A stretch of 64,000 nucleotides of DNA from Blastocatellia bacterium (GTDB lineage Bacteria > Acidobacteriota > Blastocatellia > UBA7656), in NCBI GenBank assembly GCA_963765495.1, contig CAVXWP010000008.1, positions 384,001 to 448,000 of the forward strand. Reading direction: 5' to 3'. A program made the position numbers and the translations under genes. The notes beneath the pieces are model-generated. The model was not told the origin of the DNA. It saw only the letters and a list, made by a program, of their open reading frames with translations, and searched no databases. Shown one piece after another: positions 1 to 11,351 of this stretch (positions are counted from its first letter, which is position 1; each line of letters starts with the position of its first letter).

Positions 1-217
1 TCGTGTCGGCTCGCTTTCGCAGTGTGCCCAGTTCGCTGAGCAATTCGACCTCGGCCGGGATAAATCCGCTGTTTTTGAGAATCCCAAACCCGATCCTCAA
101 ATCCTCGGGCGTGTTGAAATACTCATCAAGATTGAGAGGCTTCCCCTTCCCCGGCAGATTGTCAAACTCACCTCTGTCCATGGCCTCGCGAATAAGCTGA
201 TCGACTACTCTCTCCAT
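1..217 (-). CDS. DUF1992 family protein (3' end beyond window)
   Basis: Not in ORF track. My translation from ATG at 217: MERVVDQLIREAMDRGEFDNLPGKGKPLNLDEYFNTPEDLRIGFGILKNSGFIPAEVE, carrying the DUF1992 signature (I.EA..RGEFDNLPGKGKPL); GGAGG upstream. Confidence 0.85.
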   Translation of the reverse strand, partial: MERVVDQLIREAMDRGEFDNLPGKGKPLNLDEYFNTPEDLRIGFGILKNSGFIPAEVELLSELGTLRKRADT

Positions 218-236
218 CTCAGAAGCGCCTCCATTC

Positions 237-2165
237 TCACAGATTTTCAATCTGAACCGGCTCGACCTCTTCCGCCAGATCGAAACCGAAGACCTTTGAA
301 TAGAAATACAGCTCCGCGTCGAGCGAGCGCTTTATGTTTTCAGCGCGACGAAACCCGTGCTGCTCACCTTCAAACGGAACATAGGCTACGGGCAAGCCTT
401 TCGCGCGGACCGCTTCAAACATCATCTCCGCCTGATTCGGTGGAACCACCTTATCTTCAAGCCCCTGGAAGAGGATCATCGGACACGACAGCCTCTCAGT
501 GAAATGGATAGGAGATCGCTCGCGATACAGTTCCACCGCCTGAGGGTATGGACCGATCAGGCTGTGATTGTATTGCGATTCAAATTTATGACAATCCTGC
601 TCAAGCGCCGCCAGATCACTGATACCATAATAACTGGCTCCCGCCTTGAATACATCACGGAAGGTCAGCGCGGCAAGCGTGGTGTAGCCGCCTGCGCTGC
701 CGCCCCTTATGATGAGCCTTTCGGGGTCGGCCTCGCCCTGCTCGACCAGAAATTGCGCGCCGTTTATGCAATCGTCTACATCGACAATTCCCCATCCTCC
801 GTTTAGCCTCTCTCTGTATGCGCGTCCAAACCCTGTGCTGCCGCCATAGTTTACATCGAGCACCCCGATTCCCCGACTCGTCCAGTATTGAATGCTCAGG
901 CTAAGAGTGTTTGTCGCCGCGCTTGTTGGCCCTCCGTGGCTGATTACAAGAAGCGGCGGGCGTTCAGATGCCGGGGCTTCGAAATCCGGGTTTAAGGGCG
1001 GATAATAAAACGCGTGGGCAGTCAGTCCGTTTGATGTCGGAAACTCGATTTCCTGAGGGACCGAAAGGTATGAAGAATCAATCTGTATTTCGCTCGATTT
1101 CCGCAAGATTTTATCCTGGCGGGTATCGAGTTCCAATCGCACGACCGAAGGCGGGCTGGTTGGTGATCCGCCTGCGAAATAGACCTTTCCGGTCGTCGCT
1201 TTCAAACTCGAAATCTGTGTAAATCTCGTTTCGAGAGGCACGAGCCTCGACGTTTCGGTCTCGATCATGGCGAGATGCCAGTCCCCTCCCCTCGTGTATG
1301 AACAGATGATTCGCTCCGGGGATTCAAAGGCATAGGTCGACATTCCAAAGACCCATTGCGGTCTGCCAAACTCGGCATCCATCTCCGCCATCGGCTCATA
1401 GCCTTCGCCCCCGAGCCTGTAAAGGTTCCACCAGCCGGTGCGATCAGAAATAAAGTAAAGCGTCCCATCCGGCGACCATTCGGGCTGAAAGATGGATTCG
1501 CTCGGCCCCCCTCCTACCTGCTCGACTGCCTCGAGCGAACCTGTATCCGTCAGTTCTCCAACCCACAACCGGGTGCCGTCCCAGGGCATGTCGGGCAGAT
1601 TCCACGACAACCACGTCAGTCGTTTTCCATCGGGGCTGAGTCTTGGAGACGAATAAAAATCTTCGCCCGATCTAAGCAAAAGGTTTTCGCCGCTTTCAAG
1701 GTCTATACAGACAAGCGTGTTTGTAGGCAAACTCTCCGGTGTGGAGTGATCTTCCCTTACGCATATCAGGCGATTTCCGGCCTTATCAAGCGCAAAGTCG
1801 GCAAAGCGCTTGCCCGGTTCCCGAGTGAGCGCCTTCGGGTCTGAGCCGGGATGTTGCACATATATCTGCTGATCCGCGAAATTAGAAAAATAGATAACGC
1901 CATCATTGACCGTAAATGCGCCTCCGCCGTATTCGTGGACTGTCGTTCGAGCGTTAAAGGGCGCGGGCGTCATATCTTCGGCTCGGCCATTTGGAGTCAG
2001 GCGAGCAATTACATAACGACCAGCTTCGGAGGGCCGCGCCTCTACCCAGTAGACATCCTCGCCATCCAGCACGATTTCACCAAGCCCGACCGTGGCTGAT
2101 ACTATCAAATCGGAGGTGATTGGCGACCTCCATGAACCGTAGGGAGCTATCTCTTTTTGAGCCAT
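237..2165 (-). CDS. S9 family prolyl oligopeptidase / acylaminoacyl peptidase
   Basis: N-terminal APYGSWRSPI, beta-propeller region, GGSAGG nucleophile motif, DKVVP and EGEQHGF catalytic Asp/His motifs. Confidence 0.93.
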   Translation of the reverse strand: MAQKEIAPYGSWRSPITSDLIVSATVGLGEIVLDGEDVYWVEARPSEAGRYVIARLTPNGRAEDMTPAPFNARTTVHEYGGGAFTVNDGVIYFSNFADQQIYVQHPGSDPKALTREPGKRFADFALDKAGNRLICVREDHSTPESLPTNTLVCIDLESGENLLLRSGEDFYSSPRLSPDGKRLTWLSWNLPDMPWDGTRLWVGELTDTGSLEAVEQVGGGPSESIFQPEWSPDGTLYFISDRTGWWNLYRLGGEGYEPMAEMDAEFGRPQWVFGMSTYAFESPERIICSYTRGGDWHLAMIETETSRLVPLETRFTQISSLKATTGKVYFAGGSPTSPPSVVRLELDTRQDKILRKSSEIQIDSSYLSVPQEIEFPTSNGLTAHAFYYPPLNPDFEAPASERPPLLVISHGGPTSAATNTLSLSIQYWTSRGIGVLDVNYGGSTGFGRAYRERLNGGWGIVDVDDCINGAQFLVEQGEADPERLIIRGGSAGGYTTLAALTFRDVFKAGASYYGISDLAALEQDCHKFESQYNHSLIGPYPQAVELYRERSPIHFTERLSCPMILFQGLEDKVVPPNQAEMMFEAVRAKGLPVAYVPFEGEQHGFRRAENIKRSLDAELYFYSKVFGFDLAEEVEPVQIENL

Positions 2166-2263
2166 CCTGATCTTTCTCCTTTAAGCCCGCTTGCCTGCGG
2201 ACGCACATTTATTCTAACTTTTTATTGCCTGATGTCGAAAGTCGGTCCTGGACAAGAATATCA

Positions 2264-3208
2264 TTATGGAAGGTGAAATGAATCAACCTCGCCCTCGCGC
2301 CTGATTGCGATCCGCCCTTCGGCGACCGCGTAATCCAGATGGGCTACGGTTTCAGAGACGGCCAGAAACCTGTGATACCCGTGCGCGTTTGGGAAGAGAA
2401 GCAGCGAGGCATCCCAGGCCGTCACCCCGTCTTTTGGTATTAACTTGAGGAGCTTTGACTGTCTTAATTCTGTAAATCTGTAGAGGCGGCTGAAGTGCTC
2501 GTCATAATCCGTCACATCGCCCCCATGCCCGCCCTTGAGGATCGTAGGCGCAAGTGTTTTGATCCTGGCCATGGAGACCAGATATTCACCAAGCGATTGA
2601 AATCTCTGGGTTTCCTTTATCGGATCGGGACTCAGGACTGGATTGGGCGTTATGTTTTTCAAGACCGTGTCTGATGCGAAGACAAGTCGATTGCTTGCGC
2701 GAAGCAAACAGATAGAGCCGGGCGTATGACCCGGTGTATGCACTACCATTAGACTCTCGTGGTCAAATATGACCTCATCGCCGTCTTCAAGCGTCTCCAC
2801 CTCATCAAGCGGATACGCGAAACCGCGAAACCTGTCGTATCCAGCCTCCATACGATCAACCACATCAGGTGGAACCCCGACCGATGCAAGTATCCTGCGG
2901 TATGCCCTGTAATCGACACAGGGCTTCACGGCGGGCGCATCCCAGGAATGTATGTAAACCTTTGCGCCCGATTCTTCTACTATCAATCGCGCCAGCCCGT
3001 AGTGATCGGCGTGGGCGTGGGAAATGATTATCCTCTCAATGCTTGAGAATTTGTGCCCCCGTCGGGCGAGCCCCTGCCTGAGGGCCTCGATGGATTCGTC
3101 ATCTCGCGGCCCCGCATCTATAAGGGTCAGTGGGTCCTGCTCTATCAGGTAGACGTTGACCGGGCCTACGTAGAATGGAGTGGGTACGGCGATGCATTGA
3201 ATGTTCAT
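2264..3208 (-). CDS. MBL-fold metallo-hydrolase with C-terminal helical extension
   Basis: SHAHADHYG (HxHxDH), HTPGHTPG and GHG motifs. Start moved to ATG 3208 (MNIQCIAVPTPF) to avoid overlap with the upstream gene. Confidence 0.88.
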   Translation of the reverse strand: MNIQCIAVPTPFYVGPVNVYLIEQDPLTLIDAGPRDDESIEALRQGLARRGHKFSSIERIIISHAHADHYGLARLIVEESGAKVYIHSWDAPAVKPCVDYRAYRRILASVGVPPDVVDRMEAGYDRFRGFAYPLDEVETLEDGDEVIFDHESLMVVHTPGHTPGSICLLRASNRLVFASDTVLKNITPNPVLSPDPIKETQRFQSLGEYLVSMARIKTLAPTILKGGHGGDVTDYDEHFSRLYRFTELRQSKLLKLIPKDGVTAWDASLLLFPNAHGYHRFLAVSETVAHLDYAVAEGRIAIRREGEVDSFHLP

Positions 3209-3234
3209 CTTCTTGACACGGGGGATGCGGAGAG

Positions 3235-3262
3235 GAGGCAGGGAGACACGGCTCCCTGCCTC
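3235..3262. other. GC-rich intergenic hairpin (possible mRNA stabiliser or attenuator)
   Basis: GAGGCAGGGAG-ACACGG-CTCCCTGCCTC: perfect 11-bp stem, 6-nt loop, no U-tract on the coding strand. Confidence 0.5.
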
Positions 3263-3269
3263 GATAAAA

Positions 3270-5063
3270 CTATGAAAGGTTGTAGCGGCTGGCGGCGACC
3301 AGTGAATCTGCAATTCTGCGACGGGCGCTAACTGTGTCTGATGGAATGAAACGCATGTAACGCTTCAAGACCGATAACATAGTCCGCAATTCATCGCCTT
3401 CGGTCATGGTTGCGAGCGCCTTTTTCGCCTGCGCCTCGATCCTTTGAAGAGCATCATTGGCAAAGACACGGGTCGCGTCAATCTGGTTTGAGCACGACTC
3501 TTCACCGCGAGAAGAGATCAACTTCTCAGTGCGGAGGATTGCGCTCTCCATACCGTAGATGTCCATGATCATGTCGCTTGCCGAGGCGAGCACTTCTTGC
3601 TGGTCCTGAATTTTATCCCTGTATTTCTGGGCCGCAGACCCGAGAACCGCGACAACCACCTGCTTTGCGTTAGAGAGTGCCTGGCGCTCTCTGGCAAAAG
3701 TCTCATCGCCCGGCTCTTCGGGCATCGAAGGTGAGAGGATGTCATCCATCAGCTTTTTAGCTGCCTGAAATAGCGGCAATTCGCCTTTGGTGGCCTTGCG
3801 CAACATCTGCCCGGAAATTATCAGCCTGTTGATCTCGTTTGTGCCCTCATAGATGCGGCTTATCCTGGCATCTCGATATGCGCGCTCGACCGGGTAGTCT
3901 TTCGAGTAGCCGTTGCCGCCAAATACCTGAACACCTTCATCTGCGCAATAGCTCAGGAATTCACTGCCGACAACCTTGATGATCGAGCATTCGATTGCGT
4001 AATCCTCTATCGCCTTCAAGACATCCGCCGGTATGTCCCGGTCAACCGTGGTCAACCCTACTTCTATCATGCCCACCGTGCGGTAGATCATGCACTCGCC
4101 TACATAAGAACGGATAGCCATCTCGGCAAGCTTGTGCTTGATCAGTCCGAATGAGGCGATGGGAACTCCGAATTGATGACGCTCTGCCGCATATGTCGTT
4201 GCGGTCGTTGTAAGCGATTTGCATCCGGTGATTGAGCTAACGCCAAGCTTTAGCCGCCCGATGTTCAGGATGTTAAATGCTATTTTGTGCCCTTTGCCGA
4301 TCTCGCCCAGGACATTTTCTACGGGCACCTTTGCATCTTCCAGATTTACTGCGCAGGTAGATGAACCCTGGAGCCCCATCTTATGTTCTTCGGGCGCGAC
4401 AGTCACACCGGGGAAGGTCCGCTCGACTATGAAAGCCGTGAATTTCTCGCCGTCCACTTTGGCGAAGACTATAAACAGATCGGCAAACCCGGCATTTGTA
4501 ATCCACATCTTCTGACCGTTCAGGATGTAATGCTTTCCATCCTCCGTAAGAACGGCCTTTGTCTTTGCCCCGAGCGCATCCGACCCCGACCCGGATTCGG
4601 TAAGGGCATACGCGCCGATCATCTCGGCAGTGGCGAGCTTTGGAAGATATTTCTTCTTCTGCTCTTCTGTCCCGAAATAGACTATCGGCAGAGTGCCGAT
4701 GGTCGTATGTGCGCCGAGCGACCCGGAGAAGGACGCCTGCCCCGACATCTGCTCGGAGGCGACTAGCGAACTGAGCAGATCGAGCCCCATACCGCCGAAT
4801 TTTTCCGGTATATCTATCGAGAGCAATCCCAGTTCTCCTGCCTTCCTCAATAACTCCACCGTCAGTTTATAATCTTTTGCTTCAATCTCTTCATCCCTCG
4901 GCAGTATCTCCTTCTCGGTAAACTCTCGGGCAGTCTGAGCGATCATTCTATGTTCATCGCTAATATCTTCGGGCGTAAAAATTTCTTGGGGATCGTGATC
5001 CTCAAGCAGGAAGCTCCCGCCTTTGAGCACCTTCTTTGTTTCAACAGTGCTTGTCATTTTCAT
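3270..5063 (-). CDS. fadE: Acyl-CoA dehydrogenase (long, ACAD9/VLCAD-like type)
   Basis: GAYALTESGSGSDA, KMWITNA, LNIGR, QVFGGNGY, RIYEGTNEI; 597 aa with C-terminal extension. Confidence 0.93.
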   Translation of the reverse strand: MKMTSTVETKKVLKGGSFLLEDHDPQEIFTPEDISDEHRMIAQTAREFTEKEILPRDEEIEAKDYKLTVELLRKAGELGLLSIDIPEKFGGMGLDLLSSLVASEQMSGQASFSGSLGAHTTIGTLPIVYFGTEEQKKKYLPKLATAEMIGAYALTESGSGSDALGAKTKAVLTEDGKHYILNGQKMWITNAGFADLFIVFAKVDGEKFTAFIVERTFPGVTVAPEEHKMGLQGSSTCAVNLEDAKVPVENVLGEIGKGHKIAFNILNIGRLKLGVSSITGCKSLTTTATTYAAERHQFGVPIASFGLIKHKLAEMAIRSYVGECMIYRTVGMIEVGLTTVDRDIPADVLKAIEDYAIECSIIKVVGSEFLSYCADEGVQVFGGNGYSKDYPVERAYRDARISRIYEGTNEINRLIISGQMLRKATKGELPLFQAAKKLMDDILSPSMPEEPGDETFARERQALSNAKQVVVAVLGSAAQKYRDKIQDQQEVLASASDMIMDIYGMESAILRTEKLISSRGEESCSNQIDATRVFANDALQRIEAQAKKALATMTEGDELRTMLSVLKRYMRFIPSDTVSARRRIADSLVAASRYNLS

Positions 5064-5144
5064 TCTCCTTTTATGATTTGAAACCCGGATGCGTTGCGCG
5101 TGATTTCTCGAGCGGTCTTATCACGCACTACCGATCACCCTTCA

Positions 5145-6323
5145 CTAAACCAATTCAAATATACCGGCTGCGCCCATCCCGCCTCCGACACACATGGTCA
5201 CCATACCGTAGCGTGACCCACGCCGTTGCATCTCGTGGAGGATGGTTGCCGTGAGTTTCGCGCCGGTACAACCGAGTGGATGCCCGAGCGCAACCGCGCC
5301 CCCGTTTACGTTCAATCTGTCCTGGTTTATGCCAAGCTCTTTTATTACTGAAAGAGCCTGCGCGGCAAACGCCTCATTTAGCTCGATCAGGTCGATATCA
5401 TCAAGAGAAAGGCCAGCGATTTTCAACGCCTTCGGCACCGCTTCGACCGGCCCGATCCCCATCATATCGGGAGATACTCCGGCTGTGGCGTAGGCGATAA
5501 ATCTGGCAACAGGCTTGATGCCAAGCTCGCTTGCCCGCTTCGAAGACATAACGATGGCCGCAGCCGCTCCGTCAGATGTCTGTGAAGAATTTCCCGCCGT
5601 AACAGTCCCCCGCGCGTGAAATACAGGTCTCAGTTTCCCAAGCGCCTCCACCGATGTATCGGCGCGAGGGCCTTCATCCGTCTCAAACGCGATTTCATTC
5701 GTAACACGTTTTCCTTTTGAATCAAGCTCTACAGTGTGTATATTCAGAGGGATTATCTCATCCTTAAATTTGCCTGACTTGATAGCCTCGACCGCCTTCT
5801 GGTGCGAGCGAAAAGAAAACTCATCGGCCTCCTCGCGAGAAATCCCGTACTTTTGCGAGAGGTTTTCAGCCGTCAAACCCATGTTCAAATAATAATCCGG
5901 CCAGGATTCTACAAGCGAAGGATTTGGCACTATCTTGTTGCCGCCCATCGGAATCATGCTCATCGTTTCAGTGCCGCCCGCGACTATGCAATCAGACCAC
6001 CCGCACATAATTCGCTCGGCCGCAAACGCAATCGCCTGCAAACCCGATGAACAGAACCGGTTGATCGTGACCGCGGAAGCCCCCTTTGGAATCCCCGCAA
6101 GCCACGAAGCCTGCCGGGCTACATTCATCCCCGCTTCCGCCTCGGGCATAGCGCAACCCAAGATCACATCCTCCACCATATCGGCTTCAAGCCCCGAGGT
6201 GCGCTCTATCGCCTCCCTGATCACCGCCCCGGCCATGTCGTCCGGCCTCGTGTCCTTTAATGTCCCTCTGGGCGCTTTCCCTACCGCTGTCCTCAGCGCT
6301 TGAACTATTACTGCGTCTCCCAT
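5145..6323 (-). CDS. fadA: Acetyl-CoA C-acyltransferase (3-ketoacyl-CoA thiolase)
   Basis: [20 protein letters not shown] and CVGGGMG thiolase motifs. Confidence 0.96.
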   Translation of the reverse strand: MGDAVIVQALRTAVGKAPRGTLKDTRPDDMAGAVIREAIERTSGLEADMVEDVILGCAMPEAEAGMNVARQASWLAGIPKGASAVTINRFCSSGLQAIAFAAERIMCGWSDCIVAGGTETMSMIPMGGNKIVPNPSLVESWPDYYLNMGLTAENLSQKYGISREEADEFSFRSHQKAVEAIKSGKFKDEIIPLNIHTVELDSKGKRVTNEIAFETDEGPRADTSVEALGKLRPVFHARGTVTAGNSSQTSDGAAAAIVMSSKRASELGIKPVARFIAYATAGVSPDMMGIGPVEAVPKALKIAGLSLDDIDLIELNEAFAAQALSVIKELGINQDRLNVNGGAVALGHPLGCTGAKLTATILHEMQRRGSRYGMVTMCVGGGMGAAGIFELV

Positions 6324-6422
6324 TCCTTTTTCTCCCTTTTCTAATTACACCTATATACATTTCGTTATCAGACTCGCATCGCTCTTTATCCACGCTCGGG
6401 GCCGGGAACAGAAAAACGGATG

Positions 6423-8829
6423 TCAGTTTCTGAGCGGCTTGCCGGTTTTTAGCATGTATTGGATGCGCTCCTGTGTCTTGCGCTCGCCGCAAAGCGATAC
6501 AAACGCTTCGCGTTCGAGGTCGAGGAGATACTGTTCGGATACAAGGGTCTTGTGCGAAAGGTCGCCCCCTGTTATCACATACGCCAGTTTCCCGGCTACC
6601 TTTGCGTCGTACTCGCTTATGAACTGGCCACGAACCATCATATGGAGAGCAAGCTTTATTGTCGTAAGCGCGGATTCGCCAAGCACGGGAATATCGGAAC
6701 GAGGTTGCGGGGGTACGTAACCTTCGCCCACCATCGCCAGCGCCGTCTGTTTCGCGTCCTCTATCAATCGGTCACCGTTCATCGTTATCTGATCGCTGTC
6801 GCGGAGGAAACCCAGTTCTTTCGCTTCCATCGCAGAGGTCGAGACACGCGCCGTCGCGATAGTCTCAGACACTTTCTTTATCCGGGGGAACAGGTCTTCT
6901 TCGGGCAAAACATTCTCTGTCGCCCTCATCACCAGTTCCTTCACCCCGCCACCTGCCGGTATCAACCCGACCCCAACTTCGACAAGCCCGAGATATGTCT
7001 CTCCGGCCGCCCTCGCCCTGTCGCCGTGCATAGAGATTTCGCAACCGCCTCCAAGAGCCATGCCGTGTGGGGCCGTGACCACCGGCTTGCCCGAATAACG
7101 AAGCGACATGTTGGCGTTCTGGAACTGCCTTACGGAAAGGGCTATCTCATCCCATTCACCCTCCTGCGCCCCCAATAGCAGCATCATGATATTTGCGCCC
7201 ACTGAAAAATTCTCTGCCTGATTGCCTACAACGAGCGCCTCAAAGTTCTCTCCTACTTCCCTTACCGCGTAGTTGATCATCGCGACCGTGTCGCCGCCTA
7301 TCGAATTCATCTTTGAGTGAAATTCCAGACACGCGACACCATCTCCGAGGTCTATCAATGATGCTGCCGCGTTTTTCTTTACTATCCCCGTTCTCTCTTT
7401 CAGAGATTTTAGGATAGTCACACCCGGGCGAGGTTCGACCTCTTTGTACTCACCTGACATTTGATCGAAATAGTATTTTCGCCCTTCGCGCTTTCTCATA
7501 AAAACTCTTCTTGCCGCTTGAGAGCAGGCTCTCAACAAGGGGCGGGATCGCCTGTCCGTCTTCACGCATTCTCGCAACGGATTTCTCTACTCCGATCACG
7601 TCCCATAATTCGAATGTTCCAAATTCGTGATTAAAGCCCCACTTCACCGCGTTATCCACGCTGACGATTGTATCTGCAATCTCCGGGATGCGATTGGCGG
7701 TATAGATCAAATTCTGGCTGATTGTTTTCCAAAGAAATTCACCCACGCGGTCCTTACCGTAAACAAGTGTCCTGATCCTTTCGGCGGTGTCTTCGATACC
7801 CTTCACTGCTTCGATTGAGGGTATTCTCACCTTTTGCGGCGGGCGGTGTTGCATCTCGACATAATCCAATACCCAGAATTCTGTCTTCCCGCTTTCGCCC
7901 CTCTGTTTCTTATAAAAACCCTGCCCGGCCTTATTTCCGATCCATCCGCGCTTGACCATCTCTCGTAAAAAATCGGGTGGAATCAATACGTCTCGTCTCT
8001 CATCGTCCGGCACTGCTTTGTAGAGGTTTTCAGCGACATAAAGCGCCGTGTCGAGGCCCACTATATCGGTGGTTCGAAAGGATGCCGATTTCGGACGACC
8101 CACAATCGGTCCCGTCATAGCGTCTATCTCTTCGATGCTATAGCCGCCTTCTTCCATTACCTTGATCGCATTCAGTGAACTGAAGGTTGCTATGCGATTG
8201 GCAATAAAATTGGGCGTATCCTTTGCGATGACAATTCCCTTCCCGAGCCTGCGGTCGCAAAAATCCGAAATGAAATCGGTGACTTCCTGTTTCGTTTCGT
8301 CTGTCGGGATGACTTCCAATAGTTTTAAGTACCGTGGAGGGTTAAAGAAATGAGTCCCCAGAAAATGGCTTCGAAAATCATCAGGCATCCCCTCGGCCAT
8401 TGCCTTTATCGAGATACCCGAAGTATTCGAACTTATTATCGTACCCGGCTTGCGAAATCTATTGACCTTCTCAAATAAACCCCGCTTTATCTCAAGCTTC
8501 TCAACAACTGCCTCGATGATCCAATCCACCTCTGACAGCCTTTGCAAATCATCTTCAAAATTCCCGGTCGTTATCAGACTCTTTTGCGAAGAAGAGAAGA
8601 AAGCCGCTGGCTTGATCTTGCTCGCGGCTTCAAGTCCTGCGTTGGCAATTCGATTTCTGACCTGACGGCTCTCAAGCGTCAAACCGCGAGACTTCTCCTG
8701 CTCAGTAAGCGCCACAGGCGCGATGTCTAACAGCAAGACTTTGACCCCGGCGTTTGCCAGATGCGCGGCAATCTGCGCGCCCATTGTGCCCGCTCCAAGT
8801 ACAGCGGCTCTCTCTACCTTATAATCCAC
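6423..8829 (-). pseudogene. fadN: 3-hydroxyacyl-CoA dehydrogenase / enoyl-CoA hydratase (FadN type), split by one extra base near 7492-7494 (real frameshift or sequencing error)
   Basis: 5' part has VLGAGTMG, SSNTS, HFFNPP; 3' part has crotonase motifs (ALGGGCE, GLVEVGVG). Removing one A from GAG AAA GCG joins them as SGKKSFYEKREGRKYYFD, about 801 aa. GTG start at 8829 with GAGGAG RBS. Confidence 0.85.
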
Positions 8830-8854
8830 TATCGCTCCTCCATCATTATTGCAA

Positions 8855-10678
8855 TCAGACGGCGACCGCCGCCCGTGTGTCGTCATAAACGCGGTCAATC
8901 AACTTCTCGTACTTCTTCTCGATCACGTTGCGCCGGGGCTTAAGAGTCGGTGTCAACTCTTCGGCCTCTACCGTCAACTCGTGATCCAACAGGATCACCT
9001 TTTTTACTTTCTCGAACCTGGCAAGACCGGGAGTGAATTTGTCTACCTGCCGCTCCATCAAATCCAATATCAGCGGATCAGCCGTCAAATCGGTTTTCTT
9101 TGAATATGCGATTCCCTTTAAGTCTGCGTAATTCTTTAACATCTCCATGTTGGGAACGATAAGCGCCGAGACGAATTTGCGACCATTACCCACGACTACT
9201 ACCTGAGAAACAAATCGGCTTGATTTGATAAGGCTTTCGAGTTGCTGTGGAGCTACGTATTTGCCGCCGCTCGTCTTTATCAGGTCTTTCTTGCGGTCGG
9301 TTATCACAAGAAACCCGTCCGAATCTATGTGACCTATGTCGCCTGTTTTGAACCAGCCATCATCGGTGAAAGCCCTCTCATTTTCCGCCGGGCGGTTATA
9401 ATAGCCCGTCATCACCGTATCGCCTTTGACCAGTATCTCTCCATCTGAGGCAATCTGAACCTGGACATTATCCATGACGGGGCCGACCGTTCCGATTCGA
9501 TTGCGCTCAATTGTGTTACAGGAAATTGAAGGGGATGTTTCGGTCAATCCATACCCTTGCAGTATCGAAAGACCTGCCCCTGCAAACAGGTAGGCTATCT
9601 CAGGCGCAAGAGATGCGCCGCCCGAGATAAAGAGCCGTATCCTTCCTCCCATCACATCTCGCCATTTCACAAAAACAAGTTTGTCGGCGATCTTATGCTC
9701 AAGCGTAAGCAGCAACCCTATCGTTTGCCCCCTGTCTTTTCGCTCTGCCCATTGCTTGCCTATACCCAGCGACCAGGCAAAAATCTGCTTTCGTGGAAAC
9801 CCGGCTGCCATTCCGCGTTCGACGATCTTTGCGTAAATTTTCTCAAACATGCGCGGCACACTCGTCATCACAGTCGGGCGCGCTTCGAGAAGATTTCTTG
9901 CGACCGCGTCAATGCTTTCCGCATAAACGATGACCGTGCCCGAATGCGCATAAAGATACCAGACCGACCGCTCGAAAATGTGTGTGAAGGGCAAATACGT
10001 CAGCGCAATATCATGTTCATCGCCTCGATAGAGCCAGTGATATGAATTCAAAGCGTTTGTCGTTAGGTTTTTGTGCGTCAAGACCACGCCTTTGGGGTCG
10101 CCGGTCGTTCCCGATGTGTAGAGCAATGTAGCCGTATCTTCAGCTTCAACAGCCTGCCACAATTTCTCGTAAAGTCCGGGTTGATGCTCCCCTAATCTGT
10201 GCCCCCTCTCGACAAGCGAGGGTGAGTCTGACGAGGATTGATCACCATTCAGAATAGACCATTTTCTTAAAACGATAACGCAGTCGAGCGACCCCACACG
10301 CTGTTTCAATTCCAGTGCATCCTGAAGAAAGGTTTCCGATACGAAAATGGCGCGAGCACCTGAATCCTTGAGAATGAACTCGACTTGATTTCGAGTTTGA
10401 GTCGCGTAAATCGGAATATCAATCCCGCCTATGGCCAGGGTTGCCAGATCAGCCAGATTCCACTCCGGGCAGTTTTCCGACCAGATTGCGAGTTTGTCGC
10501 CCGCTTGAAAATTCAAATCGTGCAGCCCGAGCGCGAGTACCCGGATATTCTCGGCGACTTCGTTGAATGTGAGCGATTGCCATTCACCGGATACTTTAAA
10601 ACGCAGAAATTCGGATTCGCCCGCACGCTTGACCGCGTCTCTGAAAAGCTCGTTCAGTGTCGTGGGCTCGGTCCCCAT
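8855..10678 (-). CDS. fadD: Long-chain fatty acid-CoA ligase (AMP-dependent synthetase)
   Basis: YTSGTTGDPKG, QGYGLTE, GWFKTGD, RKKDLIKTSGGKY, ELTPTLK; start at ATG 10678 with AGGAG RBS. Confidence 0.92.
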   Translation of the reverse strand: MGTEPTTLNELFRDAVKRAGESEFLRFKVSGEWQSLTFNEVAENIRVLALGLHDLNFQAGDKLAIWSENCPEWNLADLATLAIGGIDIPIYATQTRNQVEFILKDSGARAIFVSETFLQDALELKQRVGSLDCVIVLRKWSILNGDQSSSDSPSLVERGHRLGEHQPGLYEKLWQAVEAEDTATLLYTSGTTGDPKGVVLTHKNLTTNALNSYHWLYRGDEHDIALTYLPFTHIFERSVWYLYAHSGTVIVYAESIDAVARNLLEARPTVMTSVPRMFEKIYAKIVERGMAAGFPRKQIFAWSLGIGKQWAERKDRGQTIGLLLTLEHKIADKLVFVKWRDVMGGRIRLFISGGASLAPEIAYLFAGAGLSILQGYGLTETSPSISCNTIERNRIGTVGPVMDNVQVQIASDGEILVKGDTVMTGYYNRPAENERAFTDDGWFKTGDIGHIDSDGFLVITDRKKDLIKTSGGKYVAPQQLESLIKSSRFVSQVVVVGNGRKFVSALIVPNMEMLKNYADLKGIAYSKKTDLTADPLILDLMERQVDKFTPGLARFEKVKKVILLDHELTVEAEELTPTLKPRRNVIEKKYEKLIDRVYDDTRAAVAV

Positions 10679-10691
10679 AGTGCTCCTATGC

Positions 10692-11309
10692 TCAGACTGC
10701 TTCACCCTGCTCACGCTCCGTGATTCCATTAAAGATGATGTCAACAATCTGGTCAGCCATCGCTGTCAGGCTGTATCGCCTGCGGGTCAAAACCCAGTTT
10801 GTCACCATTTCGTCGAGCGCCCCAAATAATACCTTTGCCACGATCTTCGTATTCAGCCCCTGCCTGAACACGCCGCGCTTCTGCCCCTCGTCAATCGCGG
10901 TCCTTATCAGTTCCAGATATTCTGTTACCTTTGTGGCTGAAAACTGCTCCATGAATTTGCTCGACGATCTAAGCTCAACCTGAAAGACCACGGCAAGGTC
11001 CCGGTCATCTTCAAACCTCTCCAGATGCCTCTTTATGACGCGCTTCAATTTCTCTACCGGATCATCTATCTCGGCAAGGCTCGCCCGGCCTCTCGCAAGC
11101 GCCTCTTCCATAACGTGGTTGAAGATCGAAACGAGTATGTCGTCTTTATTCTTGAAATAGAGATAAACCGTGCCGTCGGCCACCCCGGCTTCCCGAGCCA
11201 CGTCGGCTACTTTCGAATTAAAAAAACCGCTGCGGGCGAAAACCTTTATCGCCGCGCGGAGTATTACCTCGTATTTCCCGTTGGACTTCTCTCTTGATTG
11301 CGATGACAT
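10692..11309 (-). CDS. fadR: TetR-family regulator, Bacillus FadR(YsiA)-like
   Basis: TetR HTH (VADVAREAGVADGTVYLYFKNKDD), C-terminal LAVVFQVELR and FGALDEMVTNW; first gene of the beta-oxidation operon. Confidence 0.85.
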   Translation of the reverse strand: MSSQSREKSNGKYEVILRAAIKVFARSGFFNSKVADVAREAGVADGTVYLYFKNKDDILVSIFNHVMEEALARGRASLAEIDDPVEKLKRVIKRHLERFEDDRDLAVVFQVELRSSSKFMEQFSATKVTEYLELIRTAIDEGQKRGVFRQGLNTKIVAKVLFGALDEMVTNWVLTRRRYSLTAMADQIVDIIFNGITEREQGEAV

Positions 11310-11327
11310 GCCGGCCTCAAATAAAAA

Positions 11328-11347
11328 ATGAATGATGGTTCATTCAT
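11328..11347. promoter_or_regulatory. Putative FadR operator
   Basis: Perfect inverted repeat ATGAATGA-TGGT-TCATTCAT, 18 bp upstream of the TetR start codon and just downstream of a candidate -10. Confidence 0.8.
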
Positions 11348-11351
11348 CTTA

